The notes under the pieces are model-generated. The model searched no databases, was not told the DNA's origin, and saw nothing but the letters and a program-made list of their open reading frames with translations. Below are positions 57,257-64,000 of a stretch of DNA of 64,000 bases, piece after piece. Each line of letters opens with the position of its first letter. The stretch's first letter is position 1. This DNA is from Burkholderiales bacterium (GTDB lineage: Bacteria > Pseudomonadota > Gammaproteobacteria > Burkholderiales > SHXO01): NCBI GenBank assembly GCA_046160525.1, contig JBJXGQ010000160.1, positions 9,096 to 73,095 on the forward strand. Direction: 5' to 3'. The position numbers and the translations under genes were made by a program.

Positions 57257-58846
57257 TTAGTACAGCGGCTTGTAGCCTGCCTCCAGGTGTACATCCAGTA
57301 GTATTGGAGAACTCCCCGCGAAAGCGGTACGTAGTGCCGGTAGGACATCCTGCACCCGGTTGACCACCCGGCCCTCGACCCCGAAGCCACGCGCGATATC
57401 CACGAAATTCATTCCGCTCACCTCTTGCCCTGGGGCCCCTGAAATCTTCAAGGCGTCGCTGAAGGCCTTGAGCGCGGCATAACCGCGGTTATTGAAGACG
57501 ATGAAAGTGATGGGTAGCTTTGCTTGCGCGGCATTCCACAGCGCTTGTATGGAGTAAAGGGCGGAGCCATCGCCCACAATGCAAATGACCTTTCGCTTGG
57601 GCTGCGCCAGCGAGACGCCAATGGCACCCGGCAAAGCCCAGCCCAATCCGCCACTACCCTCGGTGTAAAAGCTCCCGCTGCTCGCGATGGGCAAATAGTC
57701 GTGCAACGCATTACGGTGGCTCGGTGCTTCTTCCACCACGATGGCGTCCCCAGGCATGGCTTGCGCGATGGCGGCCATGAGGTATTCGCCCGGAATTGGG
57801 TCTTTGGGCTCTGGGGCAGGCAGCGGCCTGCGGCCTTTACCGGCATTACGCTCGCCACGCGGCAGTTGTTCTATTAATTGCCTTAGCCCAACCGCGAGAC
57901 TACACACGATGCTCGTTCCCACCGGGCTGCGCGCCGCCTGTTGAGGATCTTCGGTCATGTGATACAGCGTGGCGCTGGACGGAATATAAGGACCTTCCGT
58001 ATGTACGTGATAGGTGAACGCGGGTGCGCCGATCACGAGGATTACGCCAGCACCCTCCAGGCAGCTGCGCAACTGGCTGCGCACGGGCGGCAAGAATCCA
58101 GCGAACAAACGGTGGTTCTCGGGAAAGCTGCAGCGCGCGGACATCGGGCTCGCCCATACGGGCGCCTCCAAGCGCTCGGCCAATTCAATGATCTCGTTCC
58201 ATGCACCGGCTTGGTCCACCGCGGCGCCTACGACAATCAACGGATTTTGGCTTTGGCTGAGCTTCGCCGCGAGGCCGCGCAAAGCCGTGGGATTGGGCGC
58301 TACTTCGTCGTCCACGATGCGAATTTCGGGCAGCGTGCATTCCACATCCCAATCGTCTTCCGGGACCGAAAGAAACACCGGCCCCCGCGGGCGTTGCATG
58401 GCCGTGTGATAGGCCCGCACCAGGGCTTGCGGAACGTCTTGCGCGCGCGCGGGTTCAACGGACCACTTGACGTAGGGCTTGGGAAGTTCCGCGGCGTCGG
58501 TCGAAAACAGGAAAGGTTCCGTCGGGAACATGGCGCGGGTTTGCTGGCCCGCCAATACGATGACCGGAGACTGGTTGCGATACGCATTGAAGATACTCGC
58601 CATGGCATGCCCCACCCCGGCGGCGCTATGCAGGTTGACGAAACTCGCATTACGGTTGACTTGCGCGAAGGCGTCGGCCATGGCGACACAACACGATTCG
58701 TTCAAGCCCAACACGTAGCGGAAATCCCGTGGCCAATCCCGGAACATCCTGAGTTCCGTGGAACCCGGATTACCGAACACGGTGGTGATTCCGTAGGCAC
58801 GCAAAAGGCCCATGGTGGCTTCGCGTACCGTCATAGTTTGGCTCAT
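57257..58846 (-). CDS. Thiamine-diphosphate-dependent 2-oxoacid decarboxylase, benzoylformate-decarboxylase-like
   Basis: Start at ATG 58846, in an ATGA overlap with the transporter stop. TTVFGNPGSTELRMFRDWPRDFRYVLGLNESCCVAMADAF...NLHSAAGVGHAM parallels MdlC. The TPP motif is GDGSALYSIQALWNAAQ...FIVFNN. Confidence 0.9.
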   Translation of the reverse strand: MSQTMTVREATMGLLRAYGITTVFGNPGSTELRMFRDWPRDFRYVLGLNESCCVAMADAFAQVNRNASFVNLHSAAGVGHAMASIFNAYRNQSPVIVLAGQQTRAMFPTEPFLFSTDAAELPKPYVKWSVEPARAQDVPQALVRAYHTAMQRPRGPVFLSVPEDDWDVECTLPEIRIVDDEVAPNPTALRGLAAKLSQSQNPLIVVGAAVDQAGAWNEIIELAERLEAPVWASPMSARCSFPENHRLFAGFLPPVRSQLRSCLEGAGVILVIGAPAFTYHVHTEGPYIPSSATLYHMTEDPQQAARSPVGTSIVCSLAVGLRQLIEQLPRGERNAGKGRRPLPAPEPKDPIPGEYLMAAIAQAMPGDAIVVEEAPSHRNALHDYLPIASSGSFYTEGSGGLGWALPGAIGVSLAQPKRKVICIVGDGSALYSIQALWNAAQAKLPITFIVFNNRGYAALKAFSDALKISGAPGQEVSGMNFVDIARGFGVEGRVVNRVQDVLPALRTAFAGSSPILLDVHLEAGYKPLY

Positions 58847-60072
58847 GGGGGATGATCCGGTTTGGTTTTGCCGTCGAGGATGCAGCTTACATTGACATCG
58901 CCCATGACGTTGATGGTGGTGCGGCAGCGGTCGAGAAACCAATCCACCGTAAACAGGATGGCGATGTATTCCACTGGGAGCCCAACGGCCTTGAACACCA
59001 AAGTCATGGTGACTAGCCCAGCCTCCGGAATCCCCGCTGCTCCAACCGACGCTGCCATGCTGGTGAGCACGACGAGCACTTGCTGCGTCAAAGTCAGCTC
59101 CATTCCCAGCATCTGGGCGATGAATAAAGCGGCCATTGCTTCATAAAGGGCAGTGCCGTCGTTGTTGAAATTGGCACCCACCAGGGACCCGAGGCTAGCT
59201 GATTGCTCGCGCAGACCCACTTTGTTCTTGAGGCAGGCGTAGGTCACCGGCATGGTCGCCGTGGAACTGGCGGTGGAAAACGCCATGACGAGGGCGTCTC
59301 GCATCCCGCGTATGACATGGCCAGGCCGTGCCCAAGACTTGAACCGAATCCTGCCCAGATACCACGCCGCTTGTAATAGCAAGGCGATCACCACCGCCAG
59401 GACAAAATAACCCAACGCCACAAAATCCGAGAATCCTTTGGTCCCGACGATGCTGGCGATGATGCCGAACACCCCTAGAGGTACGATTTCAATGATCCAG
59501 TAGAGCAAGCGCAGTACCGTTTGAAATCCCACCTCCACCAGATCACCCGCCGTCCTGACCGGATGCTCGCGCGAGGAACGCAGCGCCACGCCCACAGCCA
59601 ACGCGATCAAGATTACGCTGAGGACCTTGCCGTCATCCGTAAAAGGCCCTAGCAAGCTGCGCGGGATATTGTCGAGAAACTGCTCCAAGGGCGACAGTGC
59701 CGCCTTCGCTCCGGTAGCGGTCTCGTGGGGTGCGAGCGAGCCATGGGAGCCGGGTTGCAGCAGGTTGGCCACGGCTAGCCCAATAAAGATCGCCACAGTC
59801 GTATTGAGGGCCAGCAACCACAACAGGCGCAGCCCGCTGCCGCGCGCAAGCTGTGCCTGCATCAACGCCCGCACAATGGCAAGGAACACCAAGGGCGGCG
59901 CGATGGCCGACAACAACCGTAGGATGAGCTTAGCGGGAGTTGCAAAGCTGGCCGCCGCGGGGCCCAGGGCAATACCGGCCAATGCACCCAATACCAGGGC
60001 ACCCGCGATGCGCAGGTAAAGGGGCAGCGAGGTCCACCAGTTCATGGCGCCTGCGGGCGCGGGTACGCTCAC
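58843..60072 (-). CDS. Dicarboxylate/amino acid:cation symporter (DAACS family)
   Basis: AFSTASSTATMP, NNDGTALYEAM and DRCRTTINVMGD are DAACS signatures. The start is either GTG 60072 (GTGA overlap with the fdhD stop) or ATG 60045 (MNWWTSLPLYL). Confidence 0.88.
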   Translation of the reverse strand: MSVPAPAGAMNWWTSLPLYLRIAGALVLGALAGIALGPAAASFATPAKLILRLLSAIAPPLVFLAIVRALMQAQLARGSGLRLLWLLALNTTVAIFIGLAVANLLQPGSHGSLAPHETATGAKAALSPLEQFLDNIPRSLLGPFTDDGKVLSVILIALAVGVALRSSREHPVRTAGDLVEVGFQTVLRLLYWIIEIVPLGVFGIIASIVGTKGFSDFVALGYFVLAVVIALLLQAAWYLGRIRFKSWARPGHVIRGMRDALVMAFSTASSTATMPVTYACLKNKVGLREQSASLGSLVGANFNNDGTALYEAMAALFIAQMLGMELTLTQQVLVVLTSMAASVGAAGIPEAGLVTMTLVFKAVGLPVEYIAILFTVDWFLDRCRTTINVMGDVNVSCILDGKTKPDHPP

Positions 60073-60884
60073 GAGCTAATGCGCTGAGCGTTCGCGTAGA
60101 TATTGAAGCACCCCGCCCGGGAAAATCCGATGAGCGTGACACCGGTCTCTTGCGCAAGCCGTATGGCTAGCGCGGTGGGGGCGGAGATAGCGGCCAATAC
60201 CGTAATCCCCACGCTGGCGGCTTTTTGCACCATCTCGAAACTCGCGCGGCTGGTGATAAGCGCAAACCCTTCATCGAAACGCTGCCCTTTGTGGGTCATC
60301 GCACCGATCATCTTGTCCAGCGCATTGTGGCGGCCAACGTCCTCGCGGACGCATTGCACCTCGCCTTTTTCACTGGCCCATGCCGCGCCATGCACGGCAC
60401 CCGTGCGAGCATTAAGCGTTTGGTATTGCGCAATCGAGGCGAATGCGGCGTTGATGGTGTGGGCCGAGAGACGCGGCCCGGTACCCACCGGCGCGGGATG
60501 GCGAATGGCCTGCTCGAAAGTCTCCGCACCGCACAGGCCGCACCCTGTGCGGCCCGCAAGATTTCGCCGCTGCTCTTCCAGTGGCAAGTAGCGCATGAGA
60601 TCGATGTCCATGCGTATCTCGATCCCGCTGCTCACCGGGGTAGCTACCACGGAGTACATCTGCGATTTGTCTTGCAGAACGCCCTCGCTCAAGCTGAAGC
60701 CCAGGGCGAATTCCTCCAAATCCGACGGAGACGCCATCATCACTACGTGGGGTAGGCCGTTGTAGATCAGCGCAACGGGAATTTCCTCCGCCACGGACTC
60801 GTCGCGTTCGATGAGGCGGCCAGATTCCCAGCGCTTGGCGGCAAAGACGCTATGGGTAGGCAAAAAACGGTGGGCATCGTTCAT
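60069..60884 (-). CDS. fdhD: Formate dehydrogenase accessory sulfurtransferase FdhD
   Basis: 271 aa. EIPVALIYNG, GRTGCGLCG and EDVGRHNALDK are FdhD motifs. Confidence 0.92.
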   Translation of the reverse strand: MNDAHRFLPTHSVFAAKRWESGRLIERDESVAEEIPVALIYNGLPHVVMMASPSDLEEFALGFSLSEGVLQDKSQMYSVVATPVSSGIEIRMDIDLMRYLPLEEQRRNLAGRTGCGLCGAETFEQAIRHPAPVGTGPRLSAHTINAAFASIAQYQTLNARTGAVHGAAWASEKGEVQCVREDVGRHNALDKMIGAMTHKGQRFDEGFALITSRASFEMVQKAASVGITVLAAISAPTALAIRLAQETGVTLIGFSRAGCFNIYANAQRISS

Positions 60885-61007
60885 AGACAGTGCAAGTAAG
60901 AAAATCCGTAGCGGATGCTATCACTTGGTGAAACCGGCAATGCTCCGGCGCACTCCCTGGGCGGGCCCAGGGTAAACTCCGCAGCCTTTAATTACCGGAC
61001 CGAAAGA

Positions 61008-61367
61008 ATGCCGCACTCATCTGGATTATCCATGGCCTACCCGTTCATGGCGAGCCTACTGGCCATGTTCGCGCAGGCGCCCCTTGTTCACGCCGAAGAG
61101 GCAACTATCGTTTGGGAGCGCGATCGCTGCGAGTATGTGCTGATCGAGAAGGCCGACGGCTACGGGTTGATCATGCAATTCAGCGCGGAAAGACTCAAAC
61201 CCGGCGATGTGATCGAAAGCGAATTCCGCTTCTCGGTGAACTCCGGTAAGCAGTTCACCAACAAGCGTACGGGCGAAACCGGGATGCTACGTGGCGTTAA
61301 ATTCGGCCTGACGCGCAACCAAGCGCTGAAATCCTTCCCGAAGTCCTGCAAGGCACCGGCTGAATAG
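61008..61367 (+). CDS. Hypothetical small exported protein
   Basis: Signal-like MAYPFMASLLAMFAQAPLVHAEE. The start is ambiguous (ATG 61008 or 61032; the track uses 60915). No family recognised. Confidence 0.5.
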   Translation: MPHSSGLSMAYPFMASLLAMFAQAPLVHAEEATIVWERDRCEYVLIEKADGYGLIMQFSAERLKPGDVIESEFRFSVNSGKQFTNKRTGETGMLRGVKFGLTRNQALKSFPKSCKAPAE

Positions 61368-61421
61368 CCGCCCCTGGAACCTTCGCAGGAGCCCGCCAGG
61401 GGCGGGACTCCTGGCCTTTAC

Positions 61422-61646
61422 TTAGGCGCTATCGTGCGAACTGGATGCCGATCCCGCGCTGGCGGCGTCATCCTTGGCGACGTTCTTACTTCTGAAAGTG
61501 CCATTGCGCCGCCCTTGGTAACACGCCTCGCACATGGGAGTCGTGCGTTTGTTCCCGGCCAAGCGAAACTTGCCTTCCTTGTAGCCGTTGCAATAGGGAC
61601 AGAAACGACGTTCTGCTGGAGTTGTTGTGCTGGACAATTTGGTCAC
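61422..61646 (-). CDS. Hypothetical small zinc-ribbon-like protein
   Basis: 74 aa or fewer, with CPYC...N19...CEAC (two CxxC pairs) and a Ser/Ala-rich tail. The likely start is TTG 61637, 8 nt after AGAGGG, rather than GTG 61646. Confidence 0.4.
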   Translation of the reverse strand: MTKLSSTTTPAERRFCPYCNGYKEGKFRLAGNKRTTPMCEACYQGRRNGTFRSKNVAKDDAASAGSASSSHDSA

Positions 61647-61720
61647 CCTCTAAAGCCTGGGGTGGTATTTTCTCATATCTCCAGCCCGCTTGTCCCTACC
61701 TTGATAGGGGTTTGGCAAAC

Positions 61721-62140
61721 CTAGAGCCGGGACTCCCGCTCCACTGGAAGCGGCTCTACCGCGGGGGGCACGGGTGCGGGCACCAATTGCGTGGAATCCG
61801 TGCTCATACGCCCCACACAGGCATTGAGGAAGTCCGACTGGTGGATTTGCGGTGACCGGGGATCATCGAACACGTCCGCGGAGTGATGCACCAGGAAACG
61901 CTCGTCGTCCGCGTCTTGGGCAAACCACCGGTACTCGGGGGGAAACGATTGGATGGCCATCAGGTCGGCCTCCACCCGGCCCATGAAATCTTGCCGGGTC
62001 ATGCCATTGTCGCGGGACATGGCGGCGTGGAGGATGAATTCGCTGGCCTCCAAACACTCCTCGAAGGCTGGCGGGTGGGCGTAGGCCTTAAGCAGGAACA
62101 AGCCTAGGGTCACTATGAGGATAGCTCTTGCGAACTTCAT
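61721..62140 (-). CDS. Hypothetical exported protein
   Basis: 139 aa. ATG 62140 is preceded by AAAGGAGGG. Signal peptide MKFARAILIVTLGLFLLKAYA. No family recognised. Confidence 0.6.
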   Translation of the reverse strand: MKFARAILIVTLGLFLLKAYAHPPAFEECLEASEFILHAAMSRDNGMTRQDFMGRVEADLMAIQSFPPEYRWFAQDADDERFLVHHSADVFDDPRSPQIHQSDFLNACVGRMSTDSTQLVPAPVPPAVEPLPVERESRL

Positions 62141-62225
62141 ACAGCCCTCCTTTCAACGCAGGGCCACAAGAGGGGATTCGGCAGCCCTTAGCTGAAGATA
62201 ACGGCTGCGTGGTTACCGACTTAAG

Positions 62226-63536
62226 CTACTTCCTTTTGTCCACGACCCGTTTGGCTTTTCCCGCGGAGCGCTCTACCCGCCCAGGGGGAAGCAAACGCAC
62301 TTCGGTACTGACGCCCGCGTAGCTCTTTATGTGGTGTTGCAGCAATGTCGCGGCTTGAGCATGCGCATGGACACCCGATGCATAGAGCGCGGGTTGCATC
62401 TCCACGATCACCGCCAGAGCATCCAGATGCCCCTCACGCGTCACCTCCAGCTGGTAATGGGGGGCGAGTTCCGGTTGCTTGAAGATAAGTTCCTCGATCT
62501 GCGTGGGGAAGAGGTTCACGCCCCGAATGATCAGCATATCGTCCGAACGCCCGGTAATTTTGCCGATACGCCGCATGGAGCGCGCCGTGGGCGGCAACAA
62601 GCGCGTGAGATCGCGTGTCCGGTACCGAATGACCGGCAGCGCCTCCTTGGTGAGCGAAGTGATCACCAATTCGCCTTCCTGGCCCTCGGGCAGCACCGCT
62701 CCCGTGGCGGGGTCGATGATCTCCGGGTAGAAATGGTCTTCCCAGATCACGGGGCCATCCTTGGCTTCGATGCATTCGTTGGCCACCCCCGGCCCTAACA
62801 CCTCGGAGAGACCAAAAATATCCACGGCGTCGAGGCCCGCGCGCGATTCGATTTCGGTGCGCATGGCCTCGGTCCAGGGTTCCGCACCGAAAATTCCCAC
62901 TTTTAGGGAACATTGCACCGGATCCATGCCCTGCCTCACGAATTCCTCGATGATGTTCAGCATGTAAGAGGGCGTAACCATGATGATGTCGGGCTTGAAA
63001 TCTTGAATGAGCTGGACTTGCCGCTCCGTCATCCCTCCCGAGACGGGGATCACCGTGCACCCAAGGCGCTCCGCGCCGTAGTGGGCCCCTAGGCCCCCCG
63101 TGAACAGGCCGTAACCGTAGGCGACATGCACGATATCCCCTGCCCTGCCCCCGGCCGCGCGTATGGAGCGCGCCATAAGGTGGGCCCAGGTATCGATGTC
63201 CTTCGCCGTGTATCCCACGACGGTCGGTTTTCCCGTCGTGCCACTGGAGGCGTGTACCCGCACCACCTGCTCGCGGGGCACCGCGAACATCCCGAAGGGG
63301 TAGTTATCGCGGAAATCCTTCTTCATTGTGAAGGGGAAGTTGGCGATATCCGCCAAGGAGCGCAGATCCTCTGGGCGCACCGTGGCCGCATCGAAGGCAC
63401 GCCGGTAGTGTGGCGAATTGGTGTAGACGTGGTGCAAGGTCCAGCGCAGGCGGTCAAGCTGCAAGGACTCTATTTCATCGCGGCTCGCCAGTTCGATGGG
63501 TTCCAGTTCGCCAGGACGCGGGAGCCTAACGGGCAT
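62226..63536 (-). CDS. paaK: Phenylacetate-CoA ligase
   Basis: 436 aa. FPFTMKKDFRDNYPFGMFAVP, HASSGTTGKPTVVGYT and IRGVNLFPTQIE are PaaK motifs. Confidence 0.95.
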   Translation of the reverse strand: MPVRLPRPGELEPIELASRDEIESLQLDRLRWTLHHVYTNSPHYRRAFDAATVRPEDLRSLADIANFPFTMKKDFRDNYPFGMFAVPREQVVRVHASSGTTGKPTVVGYTAKDIDTWAHLMARSIRAAGGRAGDIVHVAYGYGLFTGGLGAHYGAERLGCTVIPVSGGMTERQVQLIQDFKPDIIMVTPSYMLNIIEEFVRQGMDPVQCSLKVGIFGAEPWTEAMRTEIESRAGLDAVDIFGLSEVLGPGVANECIEAKDGPVIWEDHFYPEIIDPATGAVLPEGQEGELVITSLTKEALPVIRYRTRDLTRLLPPTARSMRRIGKITGRSDDMLIIRGVNLFPTQIEELIFKQPELAPHYQLEVTREGHLDALAVIVEMQPALYASGVHAHAQAATLLQHHIKSYAGVSTEVRLLPPGRVERSAGKAKRVVDKRK

Positions 63537-63538
63537 GC

Positions 63539-63976
63539 TTAGGCACCTCCCGTTGCCGGAATGACCTCGCCCTTGATGCGATAGGAGCGCCCGCGAAATA
63601 CCGCCACTTTCTCTCCGCGCTGGTTGGTCACGGACACGTCGTAGACCCCCGTGCGGCCCGACAGGGATTGCTCTTGAGCCTCGGCCAAAAGCTCATCGCC
63701 CTCCCGCCCAGGTGCCAGGAAGTCCACGGTCGCACCCGAAGCCACGGTGTTTAGGTTGTAGCTGTTGCAGGCAAAGGCAAAGGCGCTATCGGCCAAAGTG
63801 AAGAGGAAACCTCCGTGACACACCTGGTGGCCGTTCAGCATCGCCGCCGTGACTACCATGCTCATGCGGGCATAACCGGCACGCACCTCCAAGATGCGCA
63901 TGCCAAGGCTTTGGGACGCGCTATCTCGTGCGAACATCGAACGCGCCACCGCTTGGGCCAATTCGTTGGGATCCAT
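63539..63976 (-). CDS. paaI: Hydroxyphenylacetyl-CoA thioesterase PaaI
   Basis: 145 aa. NGHQVCHGGFLFTLADSAFAFACNS is the PaaI hot-dog motif. It lies 2 nt upstream of paaK. Confidence 0.9.
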   Translation of the reverse strand: MDPNELAQAVARSMFARDSASQSLGMRILEVRAGYARMSMVVTAAMLNGHQVCHGGFLFTLADSAFAFACNSYNLNTVASGATVDFLAPGREGDELLAEAQEQSLSGRTGVYDVSVTNQRGEKVAVFRGRSYRIKGEVIPATGGA

Positions 63977-63978
63977 GG

Positions 63979-64000
63979 TCAGGCGTGTTGGTCGTAATCG
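63979..64000 (-). CDS. 3' end of an unidentified CDS continuing past the right edge
   Basis: The minus-strand frame ends ...DYDQHA-TGA, 2 nt before the paaI start. This is too short to identify, though the context suggests another paa gene. Confidence 0.25.

Overview
This looks like a high-GC (about 60%), very gene-dense proteobacterial chromosome segment; the synteny suggests a beta- or gammaproteobacterium. It is mostly core genome. Left to right: (1) rimP-nusA-infB on the minus strand, with infB running off the left edge and missing from the ORF track. (2) A PatB-like C-S lyase, a TonB-dependent receptor, a VOC protein and a CysB-family regulator. (3) An ankyrin lipoprotein plus two tandem acyl-CoA dehydrogenases, divergent from an omega-aminotransferase and an MlrC/M81 peptidase. 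(4) TauD-like, MetE-like, S41 peptidase and Nu-class GST genes. (5) hmgA-fahA, followed by a tightly coupled hydratase-like / ureohydrolase / Leu-Phe-type amino-acid dehydrogenase trio. (6) dnaQ-rnhA-methyltransferase, then mltD. (7) A yejABEF-type peptide ABC importer, then fabI. (8) The conserved block ppiD / tRNA-Asp / tRNA-Val / hupB / lon / clpX / clpP / tig / tRNA-Leu. (9) hpnC-hpnD-hpnE (squalene synthesis) with a translationally coupled SDR. (10) A thioesterase, ETF-ubiquinone oxidoreductase, a persulfide-dioxygenase/rhodanese fusion, an alkyl-DHAP-synthase-like flavoenzyme and a DUF2147 protein. (11) An fdhD / DAACS transporter / benzoylformate-decarboxylase-like / exported D-aminoacylase string. 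(12) Three small orphan genes, then paaK-paaI. I found no CRISPR array, transposase, integrase, prophage or recognisable defence system, so I cannot honestly claim a novel system here. The most unusual items are: the hydratase-ureohydrolase-dehydrogenase operon; the transporter/TPP-decarboxylase/D-aminoacylase operon; atypical YejA and YejE architectures; an intrinsic terminator in the rimP-nusA-infB leader; a heptad-periodic inverted repeat at 13887-13957; and a three-way-junction RNA-like structure just downstream of lon. Many track ORFs are N-terminally over-extended or are antisense shadows. I re-called starts from family N-termini, Shine-Dalgarno motifs and start/stop overlaps.
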